A DNA stretch of 64,000 nucleotides from an uncultured Acidobacteriota bacterium (GTDB lineage: Bacteria > Acidobacteriota > Thermoanaerobaculia > Gp7-AA8): positions 35,463 to 99,462 of the forward strand of contig CAWCBB010000009.1 in assembly GCA_963793695.1 (NCBI GenBank). The letters are read 5' to 3'. Numbering within the stretch: position 1 is the first letter of the stretch; each line of letters opens with the position of its first letter. Positions 1 to 9,651 of the stretch are shown here, one piece after another. Both the position numbers and the translations under genes were made by a program. The notes beneath the pieces are model-generated. The model saw only the letters and a program-made list of their open reading frames with translations. It had not been told where the DNA came from and ran no database searches.

Positions 1-36
1 GCCGGCGGTCTCACAGAACACTAGAACGTTTGCCAT
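1..36 (-). CDS. etfA: Electron transfer flavoprotein alpha subunit, N-terminus (runs off window)
   Basis: ATG at 36 gives MANVLVFCETAG directly after etfB; typical EtfA start and gene order. Confidence 0.7.
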   Translation of the reverse strand, partial: MANVLVFCETAG

Positions 37-44
37 GTCGATCC

Positions 45-820
45 TCAGAACGCCTTCGCCTCGGATTGGATGTACTGGACGATCTCTTTCGCCGCCGCCG
101 CCGGATCGCTTCCGTCGACCCTGCGCCCGGCCGCCTTCTCCGGCGGCATCTCGAGAGACTCGATCACGATCCGCCCTTTCACGTCGGCGTCGCTCAGGCC
201 GAGATCCGCGACGGTCTTCGTCTCGATCGCGATCTTTTTCGCGGCCATGATCCCCTTGAGCGAGGCGTAGCGCGGCTCGTTGAGGCCCTTCTGCGCCGTG
301 AGGAGAGCCGGGAGGGGAGCTTCGATGACTTCCTCTCCCCCTCGATCTCGCGATGCGCCTTGACCGTTCCGTCTCCGAACTCGACCTTCGTGACGACGTT
401 CAGCTGCGGGAGCCCGAGCAACTCGGCGAGCATCGGGCCGACGAGGGCGTTGTCGGTGCCAACGCCCATCTTTCCGAGGAAGACGAGGTCGAAGGGCTGC
501 GCCTCGATCGCCGCGGCGAGGATCCGCGCGACGCCGAGCGGATCGACTCCGTCCAGGTCACTCTTGATGTGGATCGCCTTCGTCGCCCCACGCGCGAGGC
601 ATTCGCGCAGCGCCTGCGCGGCGCGGTCGGGGCCGCAGGTGAGGACCGTGACGTCCCCTCCTTTCGCTTCTTTCAACTTGATCGCTTCTTCGAGGGCGAA
701 CTCGTCATACGGCGAGACGATGAACTTCACTCCCGCTTCGTCGATGGTTTTCCCGCCGGCGGCGACCTTGATCTTCGCCTCCGTGTCGGGGACCTGGGCA
801 ATGCAGACGATGGAATTCAA
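45..820 (-). CDS. etfB: Electron transfer flavoprotein beta subunit (frameshift near 330-345)
   Basis: MNSIVCIAQVPDTE...SPYDEFALEEA...GATKAIHI; C-terminus (AAKKIAIE) in ORF 45-248; GGAGG upstream of TTG start. Confidence 0.93.
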
Positions 821-1052
821 GGGGATGTCCTCCGGGGTGGATCCAGCGGGAACGCCGGGTAGTCAGGGATCAGTCGTCAGTAATCAGGGTGAGAGCGCCC
901 CGGGAGGGGCGCCGGGCGGCATTCTAGGGGAAAAGGAAAATGGGCCGCAAGGAAAGCGGGGGCGAGCGTGGGCGTCCCCGGCCTTCGGCCACCCTCTCTG
1001 GGTCGGGGGAGTGGGCGCGGGCCCCTCACCCGGCCTTCGGCGCAACCGTCAT

Positions 1053-1068
1053 TGGCAACGCTCCTGCA
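1053..1068 (+). promoter_or_regulatory. Putative sigma-54 (-24/-12) promoter
   Basis: TGGCAACGCTCCTGCA: GG and GC at canonical spacing, about 70 bp upstream of the Hfq-like gene. Confidence 0.55.
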
Positions 1069-1135
1069 CGGCACTGCGCAGTTCCGAAATCCCCGCGGGC
1101 GTTCCGCGACAGAAAACCAAGGTGGAGGCTGGCCC

Positions 1136-1474
1136 ATGCCCAATGCCAATCGTTCCCGTCTGCTCGAGAGCCGACGCGGGCCGACCCGGGGAACCATCGC
1201 GGAATTCCGCGGCGAAGGGAGGCCGCGCCGGAACGGGGGCCCCGCGGAGCAGACGAACGCGGAGAGCTTCTACTACCTCAAGCAGATGAGCTCGAGGACC
1301 CCGATGGTCGTGGTCCTCACCGACGGCGAAGAGATCCGCGGATGGATCGAGTGGTACGACCGCGACTGCCTCAAGATCAACCGCCACGGCGCCCCCAATC
1401 TCCTCGTCCCGAAGCGCTCGATCAAGTATCTGTTCAAGGAGTCGGAGCTCGAGAGGAAGAGGAAGAGGAAGTAG
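1136..1474 (+). CDS. Hfq-like (Sm-fold) RNA chaperone paralog
   Basis: [13 protein letters not shown]...[26 protein letters not shown]...[10 protein letters not shown] resembles Sm1/Sm2; GGAGG RBS. Confidence 0.75.
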   Translation: MPNANRSRLLESRRGPTRGTIAEFRGEGRPRRNGGPAEQTNAESFYYLKQMSSRTPMVVVLTDGEEIRGWIEWYDRDCLKINRHGAPNLLVPKRSIKYLFKESELERKRKRK

Positions 1475-1546
1475 GAAGCCGCACCGGGTTGCTTTCCGTA
1501 ATCGCGGGAAAGCCCTGCCCGAGACCGCCTACACTCCCCCCTCAGG

Positions 1547-1660
1547 CGATCGCGAGCGCGATCCGCCTTTCCCCTTCTACTTCCTACTTCCTACTCCATC
1601 GATCGCGAGCACGATCCGCCTTTCCACTTCCTACTTCCTACTTCATACTTCCTACTCCAT
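1547..1660. repeat. Two imperfect ~55-bp direct repeats containing CTACTTC heptamer arrays
   Basis: cgatcgcgagc.cgatccgcctttcc + (ctacttc)n + ctactccat occurs twice. Confidence 0.85.
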
Positions 1661-2645
1661 GAAGCCCATCGCAATCTCCCTCGGCGACCCCGCGGGCATC
1701 GGAACCGAAGTGGTCCTGCGCGCGATCGAGGACCTCGACCCGGACATTCCGGTCCGCCTCTTCGGAGACTGGGAGTACGCCCAGCGGTCTCCCGGGCCGT
1801 GGCCCGAGCCGATGCGCCGAGTCCGGGCGGGCGAACCGATCGGGGCCGACGAGAGGGCCGTCTTCGTCGACGTCGCCACCTGGGGCGGGCGAACGCTGGA
1901 CTTCGGCGTCATCCACGCGCATTACGGCAGGACCGCGCTCGCGGCTCTCGAGGCGGCGCTCGCGTCGATCGACCGGGGGGATTGCCGCGCGCTCGTCACC
2001 GCTCCGATCCACAAGCAGGCGGTCCTCGCCGCCGGCTCGCCGTTCGCGGGCCACACCGAGCTCCTCGCCTCGCGTGCGGGCCTCACCTCCTACGGGCGCG
2101 ATCACGCGATGCTCTTCGACTCTCCCCGCCTCCGCGTGGCGCTCCTCTCCGTCCATGTCTCGCTCGCGTCGGCGATCGAGATGGTCACGGCGGAGCGCGT
2201 CCGAGATCTCGCGCTTCTCGTCGACCGTGAGAACAGGCGTCTCTTCGGACACGCCCCGCGCATCGCCGTCGCGGGACTCAACCCCCACGCCGGGGAAGGA
2301 GGCAACTTCGGATCCGAGGAGGAGAAGATCGCCGCCGGCGTGGAAATGGCGAAAGGCGCCGGCCTCGAGATCACGGGACCGCACCCGCCCGACACCGTCT
2401 ATCTCCGCGCCTCGCGCGGGACGTGGGACGTCGTCCTCGCCGCGCATCACGACCAGGGGCTCATTCCGGTCAAGATCCTCGACTTCGAGCGCTCGGTGAA
2501 CGTCACGATCGGCCTGCCGTACCTTCGGTGCTCGGTCGACCACGGCACCGCGTTCGACATCGCGGGCCGCGGAATCGCCGACCCTGCGCCGATGAAGTAC
2601 GCGATCGAGTGGGCCGCCCACCACGCGGAGGTGTCCCATGAATGA
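1659..2645 (+). CDS. pdxA: 4-hydroxythreonine-4-phosphate dehydrogenase
   Basis: GDPAGIGTE, TAPIHK, GHTE, GLNPHAGE, HDQGLIPVK, DHGTAFDIAG motifs. Confidence 0.96.
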   Translation: MKPIAISLGDPAGIGTEVVLRAIEDLDPDIPVRLFGDWEYAQRSPGPWPEPMRRVRAGEPIGADERAVFVDVATWGGRTLDFGVIHAHYGRTALAALEAALASIDRGDCRALVTAPIHKQAVLAAGSPFAGHTELLASRAGLTSYGRDHAMLFDSPRLRVALLSVHVSLASAIEMVTAERVRDLALLVDRENRRLFGHAPRIAVAGLNPHAGEGGNFGSEEEKIAAGVEMAKGAGLEITGPHPPDTVYLRASRGTWDVVLAAHHDQGLIPVKILDFERSVNVTIGLPYLRCSVDHGTAFDIAGRGIADPAPMKYAIEWAAHHAEVSHE

Positions 2646-2871
2646 CCGCACGATCTGGATCGTCCGGATCATCGCGGTCTTCGTCTTCTTGCTGCTCGCG
2701 TATCTGATGATGGACCTGTACACGAAATTGCGGAGGATGGGGAACGGAAGGGCCGACGCGACGCAAACCGAGTGCCGCCTTCCTCAGGAGCCGCGTAGCG
2801 GCGACATCGTCTACGGCCCGGGCGTCAGCCCGGGCGTCTGTTGCAGCCGCAGCGAATCCGAGCGCTCGTAG
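2638..2871 (+). CDS. Small single-TM hypothetical protein
   Basis: Overlaps pdxA end; N-terminal hydrophobic helix. Confidence 0.45.
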   Translation: MNDRTIWIVRIIAVFVFLLLAYLMMDLYTKLRRMGNGRADATQTECRLPQEPRSGDIVYGPGVSPGVCCSRSESERS

Positions 2872-2920
2872 GCGCGACATCCGTCTCATCGTGTCGGAGA
2901 TGAGGGAGCGCGAATTGTAC

Positions 2921-3006
2921 GCCGCTCACCGCGGTCGGGTTTGCGTGCGACCTCGAGATCCCCGGGCTCACGCCCGGGGCTGGCGATGTCGGCGCGTAAT
3001 CGCGCG
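2921..3006. repeat. REP-like palindromic element (CCCGGGCTCACGCCCGGG type)
   Basis: Hairpin ccccgggctcacgcccgggg; same core at 35501-35817. Confidence 0.6.
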
Positions 3007-3072
3007 CAATCTGGAATCGGAATGACGCAATAAACGCAATGCGGCAATTGTATCGGGTAACATGATCCCCCG

Positions 3073-3840
3073 ATGACCCCCCGCATCCTCGTCACGAACG
3101 ACGACGGCATCTACAGTGAAGGGCTCCGGAAACTCGCGGCGTCCCTCCGCGCGATCGGCGAGGTGTTCATCGTGGCCCCCGATCGCGAGCAGAGCGCCGC
3201 GTCTCACGCGCTCACGCTCAACCGTCCCCTCCGCATCCTCCAGATCGAGGAGGGAGAGTGGATCGTCGACGGCACCCCGACGGACTGCGTGAACCTGGCG
3301 GTCCTCTACATCCTGAAGGACCGCCGCCCCGACCTGATCTGCTCCGGCATCAACTTCGGCCCCAACCTCGGCGACGACGTGACGTACTCGGGGACCATCT
3401 CGGCGGCGTTCGAGGGATCGCTCCTGCGCATCCCGTCGATCGCCTTTTCAGCCCTCGTCGGCGAGCATTTCTCCTTCGATCGCTGCGCGGAGTTCGCCGG
3501 GTGGCTCGTGCGCGAGACGCTCGGGCGCAAGCGGGACCCCTCGATCATTCTCAACGTGAACTTCCCGGTCGAGGAGTTCCGCGGCGTCCGCATCACGAAC
3601 CTCGGCAAGCGCACCTACACGGAAGGCGTGATCGAGCGGCTCGACCCGCGCGGGCGGAAGTACTTCTGGATCGGAGGCGAGCCGCCCGTCTGGACGCACC
3701 ACCCGGGAAGCGACTTCGACGCGGTCGACAGCGGATTCGTCTCGATCACTCCCCTTCACCTCGACCTCACGCACCACCAATCCGTCGACGCACTGAGGGA
3801 CCTTGAACAGAGATTCGACGCCGCGCAGACGGAAGAGTGA
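3073..3840 (+). CDS. surE: 5'/3'-nucleotidase SurE
   Basis: ILVTNDDG, GTPTDCV, SGINFGPNLG, YSGT motifs. Confidence 0.97.
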   Translation: MTPRILVTNDDGIYSEGLRKLAASLRAIGEVFIVAPDREQSAASHALTLNRPLRILQIEEGEWIVDGTPTDCVNLAVLYILKDRRPDLICSGINFGPNLGDDVTYSGTISAAFEGSLLRIPSIAFSALVGEHFSFDRCAEFAGWLVRETLGRKRDPSIILNVNFPVEEFRGVRITNLGKRTYTEGVIERLDPRGRKYFWIGGEPPVWTHHPGSDFDAVDSGFVSITPLHLDLTHHQSVDALRDLEQRFDAAQTEE

Positions 3841-4504
3841 CCTCCCCGCGATCGCCGATCGCGAGTTCGCGCACCTCCGGGCGCAGATGGTCGAGAGGCA
3901 CGTCGCCGCGAAGGGCGTGTCGGACCCGGCCGTCCTCGAGGCGATGAACGAGGTTCCCCGCCATCTCTTCGTTCCGCCCGCGATGGCGGCGAAAGCCTAC
4001 GGCGCCGGCGCCCTCCCGATCGGTCAGCAGCAGACGATCTCCCAGCCCTTCATCGTCGGCCGGATGATCGAGCTCCTCGAGCTGACCGGCAGCGAGAAGG
4101 TGCTCGAGGTCGGGACGGGAACGGGCTATCAGGCCGTGGTGCTCTCCCGCCTCGCCGCCCGGGTCTTTTCCATCGAGCGCCACAACGACCTGGCGCTCCG
4201 GGCGGTGGAGATGATCCGGAGCCTCAAGATCAACAACGTGAGCGTCAAGGTCTTCGACGGCACCTACGGATGGTCGGACCAGGCCCCCTTCGACCGGATC
4301 ATCGTCGCCGCGGCGGCGCCCGAAGTCCCCGAGCCTCTCGTCCAGCAGCTCGCCCGGAACGGCCGCATGGTCCTTCCGATCGGCCCTCCCGGCCGCCAGC
4401 GCCTCGCCCGCGTCACGAAGGTGGCAACGAGACTGCAGATCGAAGACTGCGGGTCGGCCGAGTTCGTCCCGCTCGTCGGGCGCTTCGGCTGGAAAGAGCC
4501 ATGA
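3803..4504 (+). CDS. pcm: Protein-L-isoaspartate O-methyltransferase
   Basis: VPRHLFV, QTISQP, VLEVGTGTGYQ, APFDRI, FVPL; follows surE. Confidence 0.96.
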   Translation: MNRDSTPRRRKSDLPAIADREFAHLRAQMVERHVAAKGVSDPAVLEAMNEVPRHLFVPPAMAAKAYGAGALPIGQQQTISQPFIVGRMIELLELTGSEKVLEVGTGTGYQAVVLSRLAARVFSIERHNDLALRAVEMIRSLKINNVSVKVFDGTYGWSDQAPFDRIIVAAAAPEVPEPLVQQLARNGRMVLPIGPPGRQRLARVTKVATRLQIEDCGSAEFVPLVGRFGWKEP

Positions 4505-4989
4505 TTCGGCGTGCCGTCGCCATTCTCATCGCCATCGTCGCGCTCCTGATCGGGGCCGGAGCCTCCTGGGTGGCCATCTCCGTCCCGCGCGACGTCCGCG
4601 CCGAAGCCCTGCTCAAGGACGCGCGGACGAGACTCCAGAAGGGCGACCGCGAAGGCGCCCGGAAGAGCCTCCAGGAGATCGCCAAGTCGTATCCCCGCAC
4701 GGACGCAGGGGCAGCCGCCTCCTACGCCCTGTTCCGGATGTCGGAACAGGAAGCGGCCGAGTTGCGCGCGAAGCTCGACGCCCTCGATCGGAGCCGGTCG
4801 ACCCAGGAAAAGATGACCGCGGAGGAGCGGAAGGCGGCCGACAGGGAGCGACCCCAGCTCGAGGCGGACAGAAAGAAGATCGCGGAGCTCGAGGCGAAGA
4901 TCGTCGCGCTCGAAACGAAAATGGCCGCCGTGGAGAAGGCGAGCCGCGTGAAGGTGGCCCCCGCGAAAAAGACGACGCGGCGGAAGTGA
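4501..4989 (+). CDS. Membrane-anchored TPR-like/coiled-coil hypothetical protein
   Basis: ATGA overlap with pcm; TM helix, YPRTDA TPR-like segment, coiled coil. Confidence 0.7.
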   Translation: MIRRAVAILIAIVALLIGAGASWVAISVPRDVRAEALLKDARTRLQKGDREGARKSLQEIAKSYPRTDAGAAASYALFRMSEQEAAELRAKLDALDRSRSTQEKMTAEERKAADRERPQLEADRKKIAELEAKIVALETKMAAVEKASRVKVAPAKKTTRRK

Positions 4990-5069
4990 GATCGCGGCGT
5001 CCCTCAGCCCCTTGCCGCACGACACGCCGCGACGACAGACGATATGATGCGCCGGGAGAAGGACCTCTG

Positions 5070-5345
5070 ATGAAGGAATTGCGCGCGCTTCGAATTCACG
5101 GGAAGGTCCAGGGGGTCGGCTACCGCTTCTTCGCAACGCGGGTGGCGCGGAGGCTGGGCCTGAAGGGACACATTCAGAACCTGCGCGACGGAACGGTCGA
5201 GGCGATGGTCGAGGGAGAGAGCTCCGCGATCGAGGAATGGATCGAGGAGCTTCACGAGGGTCCGCGCTTCGCCGAGGTCAGCAGGATCGATCAGGAGAAA
5301 CGGGAGTATCGCGGGACGTTCGGGGATTTCGATGTCAAGTTCTGA
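5070..5345 (+). CDS. acyP: Acylphosphatase
   Basis: GKVQGVGYRF and NLRDGTVE motifs. Confidence 0.95.
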   Translation: MKELRALRIHGKVQGVGYRFFATRVARRLGLKGHIQNLRDGTVEAMVEGESSAIEEWIEELHEGPRFAEVSRIDQEKREYRGTFGDFDVKF

Positions 5346-5859
5346 GGCGCCCGGCGAGCTCGATCTCGCTCGCTTCATCCGCGACATTCCCGACTTCCCC
5401 AAGCCGGGGATCCTCTTCCGGGACATCACTCCCCTTCTTCGTGCGCCCGAGGCGTTCGCATCGGCGATCGAGCGAATGGCGCGGCCGTTCCGCGCCGCGG
5501 GAATCACGAAGGTCGCCGCGATCGAGTCGCGCGGCTTCATCTTCGGAGGGGCGATCGCTCCCCTTCTCGGCTGCGGGTTCGTGCCGATCCGGAAGCCCTC
5601 GAAGCTTCCCTGGACGACGTTCCGGCACGAGTACGAGCTCGAGTACGGGACCGACGCGCTCGAGATCCACGACGACGCTCTCGACCGCTCCGACCGCGTG
5701 CTGCTCGTCGACGACCTCCTCGCGACCGGCGGTACGGCGGCGGCGGCGCGCGCGCTGGTCGGCCTGTTCGGCGCGGAGCTCGTGGCGATTTCCGTCCTGA
5801 TCGAGCTCGAATCCCTCGCCGGTCGCGTCCGCGTGGGTGGCTGCCCGTTCACTCGTTGA
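5332..5859 (+). CDS. apt: Adenine phosphoribosyltransferase
   Basis: DFPKPGILFRDI, ESRGF, YELEYG, VDDLLATGGT. Confidence 0.96.
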   Translation: MSSSEAPGELDLARFIRDIPDFPKPGILFRDITPLLRAPEAFASAIERMARPFRAAGITKVAAIESRGFIFGGAIAPLLGCGFVPIRKPSKLPWTTFRHEYELEYGTDALEIHDDALDRSDRVLLVDDLLATGGTAAAARALVGLFGAELVAISVLIELESLAGRVRVGGCPFTR

Positions 5860-5874
5860 TCCGGTATCCGTAGA

Positions 5875-6111
5875 TCAGCTGCCCACCTGCAATTTCAGCG
5901 GAAGCGATCCGTCCCTCAGATGCATCGGCACGGTCAACTCGATCGTCTCACCGGGGGAGGTCGCTTCGTTGCCGAGGAGAAGGCAGAGGCGCGCGAGCTC
6001 GCGAAACGCGGGGCCGGTGCCCCGGATCTCGATCCCGCTCTCGCCGACGTCGGTCGTGAGCGGGGAGGAGGAGAGCCCTTCGAGAGCGCGGATCGCGAGA
6101 TCGTAGTTCAT
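5875..6111 (-). CDS. Small hypothetical protein (weak Imm32-like resemblance)
   Basis: GGAG RBS, codirectional with queD; IEIRGTGPAFRELARLCL. Confidence 0.55.
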   Translation of the reverse strand: MNYDLAIRALEGLSSSPLTTDVGESGIEIRGTGPAFRELARLCLLLGNEATSPGETIELTVPMHLRDGSLPLKLQVGS

Positions 6112-6141
6112 GTGGCCTTCCTCCGATTGCAGGGCGCGCGG

Positions 6142-6546
6142 CTACGACCCCGTGTAGACGACCGAGTTCCGATCCGTCTCGTGGACGACGATGCGCGCGA
6201 GGTGCCCGCGCGTGATCGCCGGCGCGATCTCGCCCCAGAACGCGCGCGCGAGGTTCTCGGCGGTCGGAATGATGCCGCGGAGAAAGTCGACGTCCTCGTT
6301 CAGGTTCCTGTGATCGACCCGGCCGATCACCCGCGCGCGCATGATGTCCTTGAGCTTCTTGAGGTCGATGACCATCCCCGTCTCGGGATCGATCTCCCCC
6401 TCGACGCTCACCTCGATGATGTAGTTGTGCCCGTGTCCCCCGGGGTTGTCGCACTTGTCGTAGACCTCACGGTTCCACGCGTCGTCGCGCGCGGGGTTGT
6501 GAAGCCGGTGGGCGGCGGAAAAGTCGAGCTTTGCGGTGACGAGCAT
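6142..6546 (-). CDS. queD: 6-carboxy-5,6,7,8-tetrahydropterin synthase (PTPS family)
   Basis: FSAAHRL, KCDNPGGHGHNY, GMVIDL, PTAENLA. Confidence 0.92.
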   Translation of the reverse strand: MLVTAKLDFSAAHRLHNPARDDAWNREVYDKCDNPGGHGHNYIIEVSVEGEIDPETGMVIDLKKLKDIMRARVIGRVDHRNLNEDVDFLRGIIPTAENLARAFWGEIAPAITRGHLARIVVHETDRNSVVYTGS

Positions 6547-6567
6547 GATTCGTTCTCCGTTCTCAGG

Positions 6568-7065
6568 CTACTCCAGAGTAACGAGGGGCGCTCCCCCCTC
6601 CACGGTGGCGCCGGAGGTCACGTGCACTTCCGCGATCCTTCCGTCTCGCGGCGCGGAGATCTCGTTCTCCATCTTCATCGCCTCGAGGATGAGGAGCCCC
6701 GCGCCCTTCTTCACCTCATCTCCGGGAGCGACGGAGATGCGGACGACCCGCCCCGGCATGATCGCTTTGACGACCGAGTCGCCGTCCGCTTCGTCGCCGG
6801 CCCGCACGCGCTTCGCGGCGAGCGGATCCTCGATCGTGAGATGGACCTTCTTCCCGGCGATGTCGATCGTCGTCCGGCCCCGGTCGTGGCGGTAGAGAAA
6901 GAGCTGCTGCCGGCCGTCCGCGTAGCGGAGCGCGTAGAGCGACTCGCCGGCCGAGACCAGCTCGAGAATCGCCTCCGTCCCGTTCCTTCGCACCAGGTAG
7001 CCCGAGCCGTACCGCTCGACTTCGACGGCGATCTCTCCCGACTCGTGTTTCGCGATGAAGCGCAT
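6568..7065 (-). CDS. Biotin carboxyl carrier protein of an acyl-CoA carboxylase
   Basis: EAMKMENEI biotinylation motif; TGATG coupling to biotin carboxylase. Confidence 0.93.
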   Translation of the reverse strand: MRFIAKHESGEIAVEVERYGSGYLVRRNGTEAILELVSAGESLYALRYADGRQQLFLYRHDRGRTTIDIAGKKVHLTIEDPLAAKRVRAGDEADGDSVVKAIMPGRVVRISVAPGDEVKKGAGLLILEAMKMENEISAPRDGRIAEVHVTSGATVEGGAPLVTLE

Positions 7066-8558
7066 CAGCGGTTCCGTCCGATCGACTCCATGCGGGCGGC
7101 GCGCCTCCACGCCGACTCCGACTCCCCGGGCAGCGAGACGTTCTGCGCGTCCTCGAACGCCAGGATCGCCGCGGCGGCGACGGCTGCGTCGAGCAACTCA
7201 CCCGCTTCTCCCTCGATCCTCGTTTTCGCGAGGAACCGATCGATGAAGCCGGTGTCGAAATCGGCCGTCTCGAACGCCGGATCCGCGAGAAGCGCGGAGT
7301 AGAAGGGGATCGAGGTCTCGATCCCTTCGACGCGATACTCGCGCAGCGCCCTCTGCATCCGGGCGATGGCCTCCGCGCGGTTCGACCCGGTCGCGATCAG
7401 CTTCGAGAGCATCGGATCATAGTGGAGGGGAACGTCATAGCCGGCGTATACGCCATTGTCGTTGCGAACGCCGGGTCCCTGCGGGAGGTAGAGATAGCGA
7501 ATCTCGCCCGGCGAGGGAGCGAAGTTCCTGTACGGATCCTCGGCGTAAATGCGGCACTCGATGGCGTGCCGGAGGGGCCGAAGGTCCTCCTGCCGGAGCG
7601 TCATCGGCTCTCCCCGCGCGATCCGCAGCTGCTCCTTCACCAGATCGATCCCGTACACCTCCTCGGTGACCGGATGCTCGACCTGGAGGCGGGTGTTCAT
7701 TTCGAGGAAAAAGAACTCCCGGTCCGGCCCCATGAGGAACTCGATCGTGCCGGCGGAGTAGTAGTCGACCGCGCGCGCGGCGAGGATCGCCGCCTCCCCG
7801 AGCCGTTTCCGGAGACCTGCGTCGACGACCGGAGAGGGGCACTCTTCGACGACCTTCTGATGGCGGCGCTGCAGGGTGCACTCGCGCTCGCCGATGTGGA
7901 CGAGGTTTCCATGGCGGTCGCCGAGAACCTGAACTTCGATGTGGCGGGGCGATGCGATCACTTTTTCGGCGTAGACGGCCGAGTCGCCGAAGAACGCCTG
8001 CGCTTCGCTCCGGACGCGCTCGAATGCGGGGAGGAGGTCTTCCTCCCGCTCGACCTGGCGCATCCCTTTTCCGCCGCCGCCGGCGCTCGCCTTCAGCATC
8101 ACCGGATAGCCGGCGCCCCGTGCGAACGCGAGCAGCTCCTCGCCGGACCTGGCCGCTTCCTCGAGCCCGGGAACGATCGGGACCCCGGCGGCCTTCATCC
8201 GCTTCCGCGATTCGGTCTTCGACCCCATCGCGCGGATCGACGCCGGCGAGGGCCCTACGAAGATGAGGCCCGCGGCGATGCACGCGTCCGCAAAGTCGGC
8301 GTTCTCCGCGAGAAAGCCGTAGCCCGGGTGAATCGCCTCGGCGCCCGACCGGCGCGCCGCCTCGAGAATCCGGTCGACGCGAAGGTAGCTCTCGCTCGAA
8401 GGGGCGGGGCCGATCATCACCGACTCGTCCGCCGCGATCGCGTGCAGAGCCGCACGGTCCGCCTCGGAGTAGACGGCGACCGTGCGAAGGCCCATCTCCC
8501 GGCAGGCGCGGATGATCCGGACCGCGATCTCCCCGCGGTTGGCGATCAGGACTTTCAC
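7065..8558 (-). CDS. accC: Biotin carboxylase subunit (acetyl/propionyl-CoA carboxylase)
   Basis: ANRGEIAVR, HPGYGFLAEN, GGGGKGMR, EMNTRLQVEHPVTE. Confidence 0.95.
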   Translation of the reverse strand: MKVLIANRGEIAVRIIRACREMGLRTVAVYSEADRAALHAIAADESVMIGPAPSSESYLRVDRILEAARRSGAEAIHPGYGFLAENADFADACIAAGLIFVGPSPASIRAMGSKTESRKRMKAAGVPIVPGLEEAARSGEELLAFARGAGYPVMLKASAGGGGKGMRQVEREEDLLPAFERVRSEAQAFFGDSAVYAEKVIASPRHIEVQVLGDRHGNLVHIGERECTLQRRHQKVVEECPSPVVDAGLRKRLGEAAILAARAVDYYSAGTIEFLMGPDREFFFLEMNTRLQVEHPVTEEVYGIDLVKEQLRIARGEPMTLRQEDLRPLRHAIECRIYAEDPYRNFAPSPGEIRYLYLPQGPGVRNDNGVYAGYDVPLHYDPMLSKLIATGSNRAEAIARMQRALREYRVEGIETSIPFYSALLADPAFETADFDTGFIDRFLAKTRIEGEAGELLDAAVAAAAILAFEDAQNVSLPGESESAWRRAARMESIGRNR

Positions 8559-8586
8559 GGTCAGCGATTCTATCCGACCGGGACGG

Positions 8587-8925
8587 TCATGACGGATCGG
8601 AGCGACGGGCCTCGTCGGCCCGCCTGCCGAACTCCGTCGCCCGCTCGAGATACGACTCGACGGAGCGCCCCAGGTTGAGCTTTTCGGTCAGATCCGCCGT
8701 CGACATGAAGGCATCGGTCAGCCGTTTCGCTTCGGCGAGATAGTAGTCGCGCAGACCGGACTCGATGCGGTACTCCGGATACTTCTCGGACAGGACCCGG
8801 AGCCACTCCTCGACCTGCCGGCGCTTGTCCACGTCGCCGTCGCCCTTCTTGAGGGAGTCCAGGAGCTCGCCGATGACTCCCTGAAGGAGCTCGGGCTTCG
8901 GAGCGGGTTGTGCGGGCGTCGTCAT
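8587..8925 (-). CDS. Hypothetical helical protein
   Basis: Plausible composition; lies between tRNA terminator and accC. Confidence 0.65.
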   Translation of the reverse strand: MTTPAQPAPKPELLQGVIGELLDSLKKGDGDVDKRRQVEEWLRVLSEKYPEYRIESGLRDYYLAEAKRLTDAFMSTADLTEKLNLGRSVESYLERATEFGRRADEARRSDPS

Positions 8926-8952
8926 GGGCGGGATTCTAACCTCAAAAATGGA

Positions 8953-8980
8953 GAAGGCTCGCGATCTCTCGCGAGCCTTC
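8953..8980 (-). terminator. Hairpin terminator downstream of tRNA-Leu
   Basis: GAAGGCTCGCGA-loop-TCGCGAGCCTTC, T-run shortly after on minus strand. Confidence 0.75.
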
Positions 8981-8981
8981 A

Positions 8982-9066
<85 letters not shown>

Positions 9067-9083
9067 AAGCGGTGAATGAACGA

Positions 9084-9395
9084 TTACTTCTGAGGCGCCT
9101 GCTGAGGCGCAGGCGTCGCGGGAGCCGAGCTCGCAGGAGCCGCCCCCGTCATGACCGAGCCCTTCGGCCGGACCTGGACGATCGCCAGGGCGAGGCACAT
9201 GAGCACGAACAGGACGAATGCGGTGACGGTCGCCTTGTGCAGGATCGTCGTCGCGCCGCGCGCTCCGAATGCGGTCTGCGAACCGCCGCCGCCGAACGCC
9301 CCGGCGAGATCCGCCCCCTTCCCCTGCTGGAGAAGGACGACCAGGATCAGAAAGAGGCTGACGATGACGTGGATCGTGACGATGACGTAGATCAA
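9084..9395 (-). CDS. secG: Preprotein translocase subunit SecG
   Basis: VLLQQGKGADLAGAFGGGGSQTAFG; tpiA-secG-tRNA-Leu synteny. Confidence 0.96.
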   Translation of the reverse strand: MIYVIVTIHVIVSLFLILVVLLQQGKGADLAGAFGGGGSQTAFGARGATTILHKATVTAFVLFVLMCLALAIVQVRPKGSVMTGAAPASSAPATPAPQQAPQK

Positions 9396-9505
9396 ATCGA
9401 GCTCCCGGGCCGGTCTCTACCCGACGCAAGCAGAACCGCCGGCCGGCGCGAATTCTTCCCGGAACGAGGGGTGGAGTCAAGCCGGGATGCGCCGGCCGCA
9501 GGACT

Positions 9506-9609
9506 TGTCATCCCGAGCGTAGCGAGGGATCTGGGCGTGGGGGCGGTGCACAAAACGCGTTTATCGCACCGCCCGGCCACCCGGATCCCTCGCTACGCTC
9601 GGGATGACA
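9506..9609. repeat. REP-like inverted-repeat element (GTCATCCCGAGC type)
   Basis: TGTCATCCCGAGCGTAGCGAGGGATC ... GATCCCTCGCTACGCTCGGGATGACA. Confidence 0.88.
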
Positions 9610-9651
9610 TCGGCACGGTCAGCCCCGCGGATCCAACCGGCCGCAGATCGC

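Noticed and set aside
880-1050. Structured ncRNA between etfB and the Hfq-like gene
   Set aside because: Only GC-rich hairpins; no recognisable family signature
1547-1660. CRISPR-like array (also considered for 29761 and 57276)
   Set aside because: No unique spacers, too few repeats and no cas genes
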